From NCBI GenBank assembly GCA_050331235.1, contig JBHJHA010000016.1, positions 1 to 62,634 of the forward strand: 62,634 nucleotides of DNA. Reading direction: 5' to 3'. Origin of the DNA: Leptolyngbyaceae cyanobacterium. Lineage in GTDB: Bacteria > Cyanobacteriota > Cyanobacteriia > Phormidesmidales > Phormidesmidaceae. Positions 10,328 to 21,281 of this stretch are shown one piece after another. Below the pieces are notes generated by a model. That model was not told the origin of the DNA. It made no database searches and worked only from the letters and a program-made list of their open reading frames with translations. Within the stretch, counting starts at the first letter, position 1. Each line of letters starts with the position of its first letter. The position numbers were made by a program, and so were the translations under genes.

Positions 10328-11863
10328 ATGGTGCTTTCTGCAACTCCTGTAAATTGGGCAGCCCTACAAAACGGTTCTGATATTCGCGGCGTCGCGCTCG
10401 AGGGAGTTGCCGATGAACCGGTTAATCTCACGCCCACAGTCGTTGAAACGCTGGGTAAAGCGTTTGCCCTATGGTTGAGCGCACAGGTCAGCCAACCAAC
10501 ATCAGACTGTGCGATCGCAGTGGGCTGTGACAGCCGGTTATCTGCACCGACACTGATGCCTGCCGTCATTGCCGGCATTGCGGCCATGGGATCTCGGGTT
10601 TATGACGTAGGGATGGCATCGACTCCGGCCATGTTTATGAGTACGGTCTTGCCAGAGTTTGCCTGCGATGGGGCCATTATGATGACTGCCAGCCACCTGC
10701 CCTTTAATCGTAATGGTTTGAAGTTTTTCACCCGTCAAGGGGGCTTAGGCAAGCCTGATATCAAGCAGATTTTGACCCTGGCGGCGGCGGGAGATTTCGC
10801 CATATCACCTGAACCGGGGGCGATCGCTCAGCGTGACCTGGTATCAGCCTATGCGGCTGGACTGGTGCAGCAAATTCGCGCAGCGGTCAATCATCCTGAC
10901 CATTTTGAAACGCCGCTCCAGGGCCTCAAAGTTATTGTCGACGCGGGCAATGGCGCCGGTGGATTCTACGCGGCCCAAGTGCTAGAGCCCTTGGGTGCAG
11001 ACACTACAGGCAGTCAGTTTTTAGAGCCTGATGGTCACTTTCCCAACCATGTGCCTAATCCAGAAAATGCGGCGGCAATGAACGCCATCCAGCAGGCCGT
11101 GGTGAAGCATGGCGCAGACTTTGGCATCATTTTCGACACCGATGTTGATCGCGGTGCGGCGGTCGATCGCGACGGTCGAGAACTCAATCGGAATCGTTTG
11201 ATTGCTCTAATCTCGGCGGTTGTCCTACGGGAGCATCCGGGTTCCGCAATCGTCACTGACTCCATCACCTCAGAGGGCCTGACCCGCTTTATCCAAGAGG
11301 ATTTAGGAGGCATTCATCATCGCTTTAAGCGAGGCTATAAAAACGTCATTAACGAAGCTATTCGGCTGAATGAAGCGGGACAAGCCTCTTGGCTAGCGAT
11401 CGAAACCTCCGGCCATGGCGCCATGAAAGAAAACTATTTCTTAGACGATGGGGCTTACTTAGTGAGCAAATTGCTGGCCGAATTGGCCAAAGCTCGCTTG
11501 GGCGGCAGACATCTCACCGATCTGATTCGCACGCTTCAAGAACCCGTAGAGAGCAAAGAGATTCGGCTCAAAATCAAAGCAGCAAACTTTAGCACCTACG
11601 GTGAAAGCGTCATTACGCAGCTCAAGCAGTTTGCTGAGGCCCAAGCCGACTGGACAGTTGTGCCGAATAACTACGAAGGCATTAGAGTCAGCTGTGCAAA
11701 TCCACAGGAAGCTGGTTGGTTTTTGCTACGCCTGTCTCTGCACGATCCCGTGTTGCCCCTCAACGTTGAGGCCGACGTCCCAGGCGGGGTTGCCCAGATT
11801 GTCGAACGGCTAAAAAGCTTCTTCGAGGCTCAATCGGATCTCGATATCACTGCACTGAAGTAG
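10328..11863 (+). CDS. Phosphomannomutase/phosphoglucomutase (alpha-D-phosphohexomutase)
   Basis: QNGSDIRG, catalytic TASHLP, metal loop FDTDVDR, IETSGH. Confidence 0.9.
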   Translation: MVLSATPVNWAALQNGSDIRGVALEGVADEPVNLTPTVVETLGKAFALWLSAQVSQPTSDCAIAVGCDSRLSAPTLMPAVIAGIAAMGSRVYDVGMASTPAMFMSTVLPEFACDGAIMMTASHLPFNRNGLKFFTRQGGLGKPDIKQILTLAAAGDFAISPEPGAIAQRDLVSAYAAGLVQQIRAAVNHPDHFETPLQGLKVIVDAGNGAGGFYAAQVLEPLGADTTGSQFLEPDGHFPNHVPNPENAAAMNAIQQAVVKHGADFGIIFDTDVDRGAAVDRDGRELNRNRLIALISAVVLREHPGSAIVTDSITSEGLTRFIQEDLGGIHHRFKRGYKNVINEAIRLNEAGQASWLAIETSGHGAMKENYFLDDGAYLVSKLLAELAKARLGGRHLTDLIRTLQEPVESKEIRLKIKAANFSTYGESVITQLKQFAEAQADWTVVPNNYEGIRVSCANPQEAGWFLLRLSLHDPVLPLNVEADVPGGVAQIVERLKSFFEAQSDLDITALK

Positions 11864-11937
11864 CTGCTCTCTCAGCAAGATCGACAAGTACGGCGAGGCA
11901 GACTGGACATCTGTAAACCTGGCGGCGGCTCGCCCCA

Positions 11938-12573
11938 TCACAGTTTATATTGACGATAGTTGAGGCAAAACTCGCCATTGCTCTCGACAAACTTGCGCTG
12001 GGCGGCCCGTACGACCTCAAATGCCTCGTCACAGTTGCGGACGAGATATAGCAGCTCATAGTCCTCAGGATTAATCAACTGCTTTTCCAATGGCCAAGCC
12101 TGTACCCATCGCAAAAAGTCTCCCCACATATCGCCCAGCAGGACAATAGGAATGTTGCAAATATGCTCAACCTGCATCAGTTGCCAGGTATAGGCTAATT
12201 CCAATAGAGTGCCAATCCCTCCGGGGGCCACGACCACAGCATTGGCCAAATGCATGAAATGGTCAAGGCGTTCAGAAAAGCGATCGAATTCATGCTTGAT
12301 ATCCACGTGGGGATTAGCAGCTTCCTCAAAAGGTAGTTTGATGTTGAGTCCGTAAGACTTGCTAGAGCCATCGATACTGTGGGGATCTTCTCGCCCCTCA
12401 CGATGACCAAGATTGGCGGCTTCCATCAAACCGGGGCCACCACCGGTAACCACATCCATGCCGTCCCGACCTAGCAAACGGGCCAGTCGCCTCACCTGCT
12501 CATAAATCGAATCCCCTGGTTTTAAGCGGGCTGATCCAAAGATGACGACGCGAAATCTATCTGACTCTGACAT
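11938..12573 (-). CDS. LOG family nucleotide phosphoribohydrolase
   Basis: IFGSAR, TGGGPGLMEAAN, PGGIGTLLE motif; ATG 12573 likely start. Confidence 0.88.
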   Translation of the reverse strand: MSESDRFRVVIFGSARLKPGDSIYEQVRRLARLLGRDGMDVVTGGGPGLMEAANLGHREGREDPHSIDGSSKSYGLNIKLPFEEAANPHVDIKHEFDRFSERLDHFMHLANAVVVAPGGIGTLLELAYTWQLMQVEHICNIPIVLLGDMWGDFLRWVQAWPLEKQLINPEDYELLYLVRNCDEAFEVVRAAQRKFVESNGEFCLNYRQYKL

Positions 12574-12668
12574 TGCAAACTTCCGAAATTGAGATACATC
12601 ACTGTTTCTAATCTTGAAACGCACCCGCAGGTAGCAACGCCGCCCGAAACTATTCCGAGGCAGCCTAT

Positions 12669-13997
12669 CTAGCTTAGCCGTTGATAAGCCAGAGCTAACG
12701 CGTTTCCATCTCCGACATTACCCGGAAATAACACTACCGGCATGGCGGGAAATTGCGGATGATCCGCACTCGTACGCACGACAGAACAGCCCGGCAAGAT
12801 TTGCCCTAAGAGGCGGGTCGTTTGCAGCGCTAGCCCCTTGCTGAGCGTATCGTTGGAGGTGATCCCACCTTTGCTAATTAAGAAGCCCAGGTCATTGGGG
12901 AGGCCGCGAACAATATCCATCAGCAAGGCTGAAACCTGTTCACCAAACGCTAGACGGGTTTGCCGATCAGGAAAGGCTAGCTCTTCACGACTGGTGTAGA
13001 TGACGGGGGTTTGCCCTTGCTGGTGAATTTCACCAACCCTGGCCAGGGTCCTGCGGAGAAGTTGCGATCGCCCCACGGCCCAATCGTCGAGCATCTGCGT
13101 TACATCGACCTCGACGCCAGCCACATCTGGCTCTTGTAGCAAAACCTGCAACTGCTCAGTGGTTTTTTTAACATGGGAGCCTACCAAAACCGCTCCCGGA
13201 TGATGATCTTTGACATATTGCGCCATGTCCGTAGCCGCGACCGGCTGCGGCGGCAAAGCCGCCAGCGCCGTCAATAAGCTAGCAGCACTCCGAAACAGAA
13301 AGCGTTTACCACTGGCGGCAGCACTCAAGACATCTTGAGCAAACCTGTCCAAGTCAGCCTGCACTTCGCCATCGACCGCGACACAAGTATTATTTTCAAG
13401 GCCCATCAGCTGCTCCCGACAACCCGAGCGGATTTGCTCTAGGATCAGGCACTGTACCTGATTGGCCGCAATACTGCCGTGAGTCTTTTCGGCCACATAA
13501 TCCGGCAAAAAGCTGGTGCCATAGCCAAACACCGAATCTTTGGCAAATTCAGTTTCATGGGCAGGAATTGGCTGGCCGTCTTGCACCACATAGTGAACAC
13601 TGTCGCGCGTAATCCGACCGCCCTCAAAAAAAGCGGGGACCATAAAGTGGGCATCAAAAGGGCCCAGTTCAGAGGCGATCGCATCGGTTTCAATGGGATA
13701 ATGCCCCCGCAATGTGGAGTCGGAGCGGCTCACGACCAAAAAGTCTTCAACGCCCGCTTGAGGAATCGCTAACTGTAGATTACGACAAACCTCTCGCGTG
13801 ACGCCTTCTGCCTGCTCAGGAGAGAGGGAACGAGTGTTGGTCAGGATAAAGACGATTGGCGCGTCATCTTGTAAACCGAGCACGAGGGTGTCTACATCCC
13901 ATCGGAGCAGTAGCAAACAACTGTGCACCGTTTGAGATCCAGTGGGATCATCATCCAATACGATAATTTTTGGCGTTGTACCCATACCGCTATCCAA
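12669..13997 (-). CDS. Four-carbon acid sugar kinase family protein (DUF1537/YgbK-like)
   Basis: IIVLDDDPTGSQTVH, SRSDSTLRGH, SKGGITS, FPGNVG. Confidence 0.88.
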   Translation of the reverse strand: MDSGMGTTPKIIVLDDDPTGSQTVHSCLLLLRWDVDTLVLGLQDDAPIVFILTNTRSLSPEQAEGVTREVCRNLQLAIPQAGVEDFLVVSRSDSTLRGHYPIETDAIASELGPFDAHFMVPAFFEGGRITRDSVHYVVQDGQPIPAHETEFAKDSVFGYGTSFLPDYVAEKTHGSIAANQVQCLILEQIRSGCREQLMGLENNTCVAVDGEVQADLDRFAQDVLSAAASGKRFLFRSAASLLTALAALPPQPVAATDMAQYVKDHHPGAVLVGSHVKKTTEQLQVLLQEPDVAGVEVDVTQMLDDWAVGRSQLLRRTLARVGEIHQQGQTPVIYTSREELAFPDRQTRLAFGEQVSALLMDIVRGLPNDLGFLISKGGITSNDTLSKGLALQTTRLLGQILPGCSVVRTSADHPQFPAMPVVLFPGNVGDGNALALAYQRLS

Positions 13998-14233
13998 CCA
14001 TCAAGAGAGGGCCGCAGCGATCGCTGTTGCCAGCCGTCACTTCAGGCTTGGTCATCAACACCACTGCTGTTCTCAGATTGCCACAATGCGTCCCCTTTAC
14101 TAAACCAGAAGACCTACAAAATAGATGGCAACGAGCAGATAGACAGGCCTTGAAGCATATCGCTCGCGCACCATCTAGGCCTGCAACAGCGAGGGCCTCA
14201 AACGCTTGTGGTCAAAGACACGGACGGCGTGAG

Positions 14234-15151
14234 TCAATTGAAAGCCTCAGACCGTTGTTTGTTGATATCGTCAATCAGTCCAGCTAGCTTACCGCTATCA
14301 GCCTGGTAAACCTGTCCACAAAAATGGCAAGTGGCCTCGGCCCCGTCATCCTTTTCAATCATGTCTTGTAGCTCATCAACCCCCAGCATTTTGAGCGCCC
14401 CGAGCATGCGGTCATAGGTACAAGGACAGTGAAACCGAATATCAGTTGTCTGGTTTTCCTGCAAGAACGCTAAGCCAAGATCACCCACTAATGATTCGAA
14501 GATTTCTGGAAGGGTCTGATTATCACGCAGTTTGGGCGTAAAGTCGGCTAGCAGACCCATGCGAGATTCTAAAAGCGAAATCAATGACTCGTCCCGAGCT
14601 GCTTTAGGCATAACTTGGAGCAGTAGGCCACCAGAAGCCTCAACGCCCTTTTCATCAACGTGTACACCTAGCGCTAGCGCCGAGGGCGTCTGCTCAGAGG
14701 TCGCTAAGTAATAAGTCAAGTCTTCACCAATTTCGCCCGAAATCAGCTCTACCGTGCTGGAGTATGGCTGACCGTACCCCACATCCCGCACAACATATAA
14801 ATAGCCGTTGCGCCCGATCGCACCGCCAACATTCAATTTGCCCGACTCCGTGGGCGGCAGCTCAACCGTTGGATCATCCACATATCCCCGGACCGAACCA
14901 TCAAGACCGGCATCAACCATGACGCCCCCAAGGGGACCATCGCCTTTGATGCGTAGATTAATCCGGGACTCCTCCCGCTTCATACTCGAGACCAGTAGCA
15001 AGCCTGCGGACATCGCTCGACCGAGCGCCGCAGTGCCCACATAGGTTAGATTGTGACGCTGTCGGGCCTCGTCAACTAAAGCGGTAGTAATCGTGCCGAC
15101 AATCCGAATACCGCCATCGGCTGCAGTGGCGCGGAGGAGTTGGTCTGCCAT
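14234..15151 (-). CDS. hslO: Redox-regulated chaperone Hsp33
   Basis: MADQLLRATAA, SGEIGEDLTYYLATSEQTPS, zinc centre CPC...CHFC. Confidence 0.95.
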   Translation of the reverse strand: MADQLLRATAADGGIRIVGTITTALVDEARQRHNLTYVGTAALGRAMSAGLLLVSSMKREESRINLRIKGDGPLGGVMVDAGLDGSVRGYVDDPTVELPPTESGKLNVGGAIGRNGYLYVVRDVGYGQPYSSTVELISGEIGEDLTYYLATSEQTPSALALGVHVDEKGVEASGGLLLQVMPKAARDESLISLLESRMGLLADFTPKLRDNQTLPEIFESLVGDLGLAFLQENQTTDIRFHCPCTYDRMLGALKMLGVDELQDMIEKDDGAEATCHFCGQVYQADSGKLAGLIDDINKQRSEAFN

Positions 15152-15454
15152 GCAAATTTCCCGTATCTGCTTAACATTTTCACTAGTGCCATTGTAGGGA
15201 TTTTTGGGCTTGGTCCAAGGTGTGGAAGGCCGATTGTCTCAGTTACTTAAGGGTCATGGTGGCATCTGATTGAGCCGGGGCAGCTTAGGCGAGGGGGCTA
15301 ATGCTAAGTGTAGGGTTCAGGTGTGCTGCACTAACAGGCTGCTCGCAATTGTTGCTGGTGCCATCTGGTGGTGGTCCCAACAGAGATTTTTGGCTACCGA
15401 GCGCGCAAACCTCCCTCGACTTGCTAATTTGGCTAGGTAGCTCGGTAATTTGGC

Positions 15455-16753
15455 ATGGGTGGACTAGCAGCAACGGCGATCGCCTCTGTACAGCGCTTTC
15501 AACAGCAGTCGGTAGGGCTACTGCTCTATCAATCGGTTTTACAAACCGCTATTAGTCAAGCTTGGCTTGAACTTTTAGATGCCCTCTGTCGGGAAGATTC
15601 CGCCGAATGTTTGACGGCCTATGGTCGCTGGTTTCGCGCGTTGGCTGCCGAACGGCAAACATGGCAGCGACACTTGATTGAACAGATCCTGCTGTCAGAA
15701 AATCCCTTTTCGCAGCAGGCGCAGCGATCGCCCGTTCAAGATCTCCCGGCGGCCCTCCTCGAAGCCGCCCAGAGTGATCTACGCCGCCTCCAGATTCTCT
15801 ACAGCTGCCAAAGCCATCAACTAAGCCATTGGGTGCAGACCGTATGTCAAGTCCCCGAAACGCCGGTGGTCTGGTCTCTCGAAGCAGAAACATGGCCCGA
15901 TGTCTCGTTTATGACGCTACCCGACTGGCAGGCGGGGTTGGTAGAACTCTCAACCTATTACCGTCAACAGGGGATTGGGCTGATGGGTCAGTATCGGGCT
16001 TTGCGTTGGCACGACAATCACCTCGTTGGGATCCCCCACCCTGACCCCGTTGCCCTGGCAGACCTCGCCGCTTACACAGAGCCTCGGCAGCGGCTGATCG
16101 AGAATACAGAATTCCTGCTGCAAGGCCTGCCAGCCAGCCATGTCCTGCTGTATGGCAGTCGCGGCTCCGGCAAATCATCCTTGGTAAAGGCGCTGGTTAA
16201 CGAATATGGCGATCGCGGTTTACGCCTAATCCAGGTAGACAAAGCCGCAATGGTGCACCTGCCTGCCATCATTGAGCAAGTGCGGGAGCTGCCTCAAAAG
16301 TTCATCATTTTTGTTGACGATCTGTCCTTCGAAGAGGATGACGACGCTTTCAAAGCCCTCAAAGTCGTCTTAGAAGGCAATGTTACCGCCAGAGCCCAGA
16401 ATGTCGTGGTTTATGCCACATCGAATCGGCGGCACTTGGTGCGTGAGTATTTTGCTGATCGTCCCCGACCCAGCGACCAAGATGAAATTCAAGCCTGGGA
16501 TACCGTCCAAGAAAAGCTATCTTTTAGCGATCGCTTTTGCCTCACCCTCACTTTTGAGGCGGCTGATCAAAACACTTATTTAGCGATCGTGCGTCACCTC
16601 GCAGCTCAAGTGCAGCTCCAACTCCCTGACGAGTCACTCACACAACAGGCCCTGCAATGGGCAATTCGTCACAATGGTCGCTCTGGCCGTACGGCCAAGC
16701 AATTTATTGACTTCCTCACAGCCCAGCAAGCCACGGCACAGACACCCTGGTAA
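15455..16753 (+). CDS. DUF815 family AAA+ ATPase
   Basis: LLYGSRGSGKSS, FVDDLSFEE, YATSNRRHL, RSGRTA. Confidence 0.88.
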   Translation: MGGLAATAIASVQRFQQQSVGLLLYQSVLQTAISQAWLELLDALCREDSAECLTAYGRWFRALAAERQTWQRHLIEQILLSENPFSQQAQRSPVQDLPAALLEAAQSDLRRLQILYSCQSHQLSHWVQTVCQVPETPVVWSLEAETWPDVSFMTLPDWQAGLVELSTYYRQQGIGLMGQYRALRWHDNHLVGIPHPDPVALADLAAYTEPRQRLIENTEFLLQGLPASHVLLYGSRGSGKSSLVKALVNEYGDRGLRLIQVDKAAMVHLPAIIEQVRELPQKFIIFVDDLSFEEDDDAFKALKVVLEGNVTARAQNVVVYATSNRRHLVREYFADRPRPSDQDEIQAWDTVQEKLSFSDRFCLTLTFEAADQNTYLAIVRHLAAQVQLQLPDESLTQQALQWAIRHNGRSGRTAKQFIDFLTAQQATAQTPW

Positions 16754-17363
16754 CCGCTAGCTAATATTCCGACTCTCAAGCCGCGATGCCCTGCTAAGTG
16801 CCCCCTTACGACCACCGCTTTCTGGATCGTCATGCCCATCTTTGCGCGATCGCAGGACAGAGGTATCAGCTCAACTTCCCAGTCCGGCAAACTGGTGCTA
16901 GGGTCACCACAGGAGCTTGGTTGGCAAACGTAGATTTATGGGTAGGTTTGCCGATTCCCAACAGTTCAGCGCGCCATCGCTATCCGTCCACTTTAGCCAC
17001 CCCAAGAACCACAGAGACCTTTGGGTAATATTGAGTTAACTTAAACTGCAGGCATAGATGAAACTGTCGATTTCCGCCTAGTGTCTAATCCCGGTTGGGG
17101 ACAATATCACGTCCTAATAATGTCGTAGACGGTGTACTTTTCACCCATACATAGCCGCAATTGATATTGCAGAAAGTGGCCCTGCTGTTGGAAAGCGGGC
17201 ATTCTTAATCACAGATTCATTTCCGATTGCTTGCGGGCATAACTTTATTATCCGCAGGTGGGTCGCGAAACGAATGTGATGTTAATGTTACAGAACCGAG
17301 GCGAGGAGATCGCTGACGGCCGTGGCATTGATGTTGGTCATAAGTGAAGGAAGAGGCGTCAGG

Positions 17364-17828
17364 ATGTCTCCAGAATCTCAGCTCAGCAATATTTTTATCG
17401 TTGAAGATAGCAAAGGACGCCGCGAAATCAACTTAGACGGTTCAGTCTACTCTATCGGGCGAGATCCTAAATGCGATATTCGACTCTCATCGCAGTTTGT
17501 CTCTCGGCACCATGCAACTTTAGTGCAGCTGCCCAAAGACGACAATACGTTTTACTACCGAATTGTAGATGGCAATCTCAAAGGCAAGCCCAGTGCCAAT
17601 GGCATGCTCATTAATGGGCGCAAGGTGCCTGCCCATGACCTCAAAAACGAGGACGAAATTGTATTTGGCCCCCAAGCAAGGGCGATTTATTATCAGTTGA
17701 GGCGTGACTCAACGTCTCCACTGCCCCCTGATGAGTTTGACATCACACTCAATAGACCTAATATGGTTGATGAGTTGGACGATGAAGACCTCGACGAATC
17801 GGCTGATCAAAGTGACACCGTCGGATAA
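17364..17828 (+). CDS. FHA domain protein
   Basis: SIGRD, VSRHHA, SANG.LING FHA motifs; acidic tail; ATG 17364 likely start. Confidence 0.9.
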   Translation: MSPESQLSNIFIVEDSKGRREINLDGSVYSIGRDPKCDIRLSSQFVSRHHATLVQLPKDDNTFYYRIVDGNLKGKPSANGMLINGRKVPAHDLKNEDEIVFGPQARAIYYQLRRDSTSPLPPDEFDITLNRPNMVDELDDEDLDESADQSDTVG

Positions 17829-18138
17829 TCTCTGAAGCTAAACCTGGGCGATCGCCTAGCTCAGCCGTATTTTAATGGGTTTGTAAATCCGCTGTTTGAG
17901 CAAGCTCCAGGGAAAGGACTTGCTATGATGACAGCACTTGCTTTTTGTTGGCTGCATCAATAGCTATGGGCCTCAGACTAATTGAACTTAGTCCAGCTAG
18001 TAGCCAGTGGCAACGGTTGTTCTGCAAACAGTTCAGAACAATCATGGATTTTGTGAAGCTTCTCCGTAGAATGAGCCCCCCTAGGGTCAATCGATAGGCA
18101 TACTGAATTTAGAGCCTTTTTCTCTTGTCAGGAGTTTT

Positions 18139-21027
18139 ATGTCTCGTCAGATTCGCACTCGCAAGTTCCTAGCATTGTGTGTGCTGGGCGTTTTTTTAAC
18201 TCTGCTACTTACCCTCGGGATTACTAGCCTCCAGTTGATTCCAGCCCAGGCCCAAAACGACATGCCTACGGCTGAGGTCAACGAAGACGCCACCGACGCC
18301 GGTAGCCTTGATGTCCCCTTGCGCGACTTTGACGAGGTAACGCAGAACTTAACACGACAGGACGGACTCTTGACGCTCTACAGCGATCTTGAGAAAGGGG
18401 AAGCCTATTTAGCGCTGACTCCCCAACAGCTCAACCGGAACTTTTTGCTGGCCGCCACCTTAGAGTCTGGAGTAGGAGAAGCAGGGCTCTTTCGGGGATG
18501 GCCGATCAATGACCTACTCATTCAGTTTCGCGATTTGCCTGGCGATCGCCTGCAAATTGTGGTGCCCAATACCTACGTTCGTAATTCCGGTCGGGAAGGA
18601 TGGCAGCAACGCCTACAGGACAGCTCTTTCAGCGACTCGGTTATTTTCGCAGTAGACGTCATCAGTATCGATCCGGAATCTCAGGCTAAGCTAATTGACT
18701 TTAAGACGCTCCTGATGGACCGAGACCTGGCTAACCTAACTGAGGGACTCGGTTGGGTTCTGAGCGGCTACAGTCGCAACCCAGAACTATCCCGGCTAGA
18801 CTCAGTTAATGCTTTTCCAGAGAACCTGGAGATTGGTACGGTGCTGGGCTTTTCTGGGGGAGGAGCAGTGGTTGATCCCCTGGCAGGACTGTTTGCTCCA
18901 TCCCTGAACGGCATTCCCGATAGCCGTGGGTTTACCCTTGAGGTACGCTATAGCCTTTCTCAACTGCCGGTAAACAATGGTTATCAGCCACGGGCTGCGG
19001 ATGAGCGGGTTGGTTACTTTTCCACTGCTTTTCGATCGCCCGTCCAGGCACAGCCCACCGATGAATTTGTTCGCTATATCAATCGCTGGCAGCTCGAAAA
19101 GCAAAATCCCCAAGCGGCGCTATCCCCTCCTAAACAACCCATCGTGTTTTGGTTAGAAAACACTGTGCCACCGGAGTATCGCCAGGCAATTGAACAAGGT
19201 ATTTTGCTATGGAATGACGCCTTTGAGCAAGCCGGCTTTGTCCAAGCAATAGAAGCCCGTCAGATGCCCGACAATGCCGACTGGGATCCCTCTGATGTGC
19301 GCTACAACGTTGTGCGCTGGTCAGACTCGATCAGCACCTGGGCCATTGGCTATGGCCCTTCTCGGGTTAACCCACTTACGGGGCAAATCTTAGATGCTGA
19401 CGTCATTTTAGATGCCAATGTTATTCGCTTTTTGCGCCAGCAGTATCAAGCCAGGGGACTAGACAACGCGCCAGCGACAGAGTTCTATCTCCGGCTTTGT
19501 GGCCAGGAATCACAAACTTGGTATCTCCAATGGTTAGCTATGCAGCAGGCCGGTGAGGCGGGCTTGGAAAGCACCCGTACCCTCGGCAATACCTCCCTAA
19601 CCGAAAGCAATCATCATTTAACCGATGACCACTGTGCCGGCTATTTGAGTGCCCAGCAAAATGCGTTCGGCTCTTTGGCGCTGTCAACCTTGTCCGGTGC
19701 CGATTTTTCCAGCGCTCAGCTGGACAACTACATCCAGCAATATTTAGTTGCGCTTACGGCCCATGAGATTGGTCATACCCTCGGCCTACGCCACAACTTT
19801 GCGGCAAGTTTGCTCGTGGCACCAGAGGACCTCAACAATCCAACCGTTACCCGCGCTCAGGGCTTAGTAAGTTCTGTAATGGATTACTTTCCGCCCAACA
19901 TTGCTCCCCCGGGTGTAGAGCAGGGAGAGTTTTTCACCTCTCGTCTTGGTCCATATGATGCGTGGGCGATCGAATATGGCTATCGCGAAGCCCCACCTTC
20001 CCCGCTCAATCGCCAAGAGCAGCAGATGCTCAACCAGATTTTGCGGCGTAGTACAGAATCGGAACTGATCTACGCCACCGACGAAGACATTTTCGACTTT
20101 ATCGATCCGCAGGCCCGCCCTTGGGACCTGAGCAGCGATCCGATGCAGTACGCTCAGTGGCAACTTGATAATGCCCAGGCCGTTTGGGATCGCCTCAATC
20201 GGCTCTCGGTCAATCCTGGAGAGGGATACGGCAGTTTGCGTCGCCGCGTCGACTTAGTTTTCAACTACTTTTCTAGCAATGCTTCAGTCCTGGTCGACTA
20301 CATTGGGGGACAACGGTTTCGCCGATTAGACCCATGGGAGACCCGCGATCTGACCCCGTTTCTACCGTTGCCAGCAGCGACTCATAGGGCCGCTTTAACC
20401 GCACTAAGCGAGCAGGTCTTTGCGGCTGATACCTTTGACTTTTCTCCGCGGCTGCTTAACCAGTTAGCTCCTGAACGCTGGCGTCATTGGGGTGTTCCGT
20501 TGACCCGATATCCCCTGGACTATCCCATTTATGAGCGGGTCTTAGAGGTGCAAAGCGTGACTTTGAGCAACCTCTTCCGAGCCAATCGGTTGGCTCGAGT
20601 ACGTGATATGGAGTTTAAAACTGAGGCAGAGGACGTCCTGACCCTGGCTGAGCTTTACGAATCGCTATATCAGAGTATCTGGTCGGAGATGACCACGGCG
20701 ACCGATAACATGGCGGAAATCTCCAGCCTGCGAAGAGGACTCCAGCGCCACCACCTGAATATTTTGTCCAATCTGGTTTTGCGCAGAACGTTTTGGGATG
20801 CGCTATCAGCACAGAGTTTTAATGAGTTTATTGCGGTGCTTTCTACTGTTGGGGCTCCTGAGGATGCCCGAGTGTTGGCCCGCTATCAGCTCCGACAGAT
20901 CCAGCAGGATATTAGCGATACGCTGTCTCGCTATGACGATCGCATGGCGGTAACAACCCAAGCACATTTAGAAGACGTGCGCGATCGCATTACCCGAGTC
21001 TTAAATGCCCCCTTGCTTGGCCTCTGA
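18139..21027 (+). CDS. Secreted zinc-dependent metalloprotease (DUF5117/DUF4953, EcxA-like)
   Basis: Signal peptide, ADERVGYF, HEIGHTLGLRH zinc motif, SSVMDY Met-turn; AGGAG RBS. Confidence 0.85.
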   Translation: MSRQIRTRKFLALCVLGVFLTLLLTLGITSLQLIPAQAQNDMPTAEVNEDATDAGSLDVPLRDFDEVTQNLTRQDGLLTLYSDLEKGEAYLALTPQQLNRNFLLAATLESGVGEAGLFRGWPINDLLIQFRDLPGDRLQIVVPNTYVRNSGREGWQQRLQDSSFSDSVIFAVDVISIDPESQAKLIDFKTLLMDRDLANLTEGLGWVLSGYSRNPELSRLDSVNAFPENLEIGTVLGFSGGGAVVDPLAGLFAPSLNGIPDSRGFTLEVRYSLSQLPVNNGYQPRAADERVGYFSTAFRSPVQAQPTDEFVRYINRWQLEKQNPQAALSPPKQPIVFWLENTVPPEYRQAIEQGILLWNDAFEQAGFVQAIEARQMPDNADWDPSDVRYNVVRWSDSISTWAIGYGPSRVNPLTGQILDADVILDANVIRFLRQQYQARGLDNAPATEFYLRLCGQESQTWYLQWLAMQQAGEAGLESTRTLGNTSLTESNHHLTDDHCAGYLSAQQNAFGSLALSTLSGADFSSAQLDNYIQQYLVALTAHEIGHTLGLRHNFAASLLVAPEDLNNPTVTRAQGLVSSVMDYFPPNIAPPGVEQGEFFTSRLGPYDAWAIEYGYREAPPSPLNRQEQQMLNQILRRSTESELIYATDEDIFDFIDPQARPWDLSSDPMQYAQWQLDNAQAVWDRLNRLSVNPGEGYGSLRRRVDLVFNYFSSNASVLVDYIGGQRFRRLDPWETRDLTPFLPLPAATHRAALTALSEQVFAADTFDFSPRLLNQLAPERWRHWGVPLTRYPLDYPIYERVLEVQSVTLSNLFRANRLARVRDMEFKTEAEDVLTLAELYESLYQSIWSEMTTATDNMAEISSLRRGLQRHHLNILSNLVLRRTFWDALSAQSFNEFIAVLSTVGAPEDARVLARYQLRQIQQDISDTLSRYDDRMAVTTQAHLEDVRDRITRVLNAPLLGL

Positions 21028-21063
21028 AGCCGATGCCAGCAACCGGCCATGCTGCTTGTCAGC

Positions 21064-21095
21064 AAAAAAGCGAGATAGACAGGCCATCTCGCTTT
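21064..21095 (-). terminator. Intrinsic terminator between convergent genes
   Basis: AAAGCGAGAT-9 nt-ATCTCGCTTT stem; A6 run gives a U-tract on the minus strand. Confidence 0.7.
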
Positions 21096-21128
21096 AACAG
21101 CGCTACTCATTCGGGGCAGCGACTAAGC

Positions 21129-21281
21129 TTAATCCGCCTTACGACCTAGCTCGCCGGTAAACGGCTGTACGCCGGTGTTGGGATAGTCATCATGGGCTGG
21201 AGCAAAAAGTCCAAGTACGGCCTTGGCTAGCTCGCCAAAAAAGCCAGACTTTTCTTTGACTACGGGCATCACGGTTTTCAT
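21129..21281 (-). CDS. Small conserved cyanobacterial hypothetical protein (50 aa)
   Basis: GGAGG RBS upstream of ATG 21281; LFAPAHDDYPNTGVQPFTG resembles a recurrent cyanobacterial small-protein motif. Confidence 0.75.
   Translation of the reverse strand: MKTVMPVVKEKSGFFGELAKAVLGLFAPAHDDYPNTGVQPFTGELGRKAD

Noticed and set aside
12669..13997. DUF1537 kinase plus PdxA as a four-carbon acid sugar catabolic cluster
   Set aside because: pdxA is about 28 kb away and looks like the ordinary biosynthetic enzyme; no transporter or aldolase nearby.
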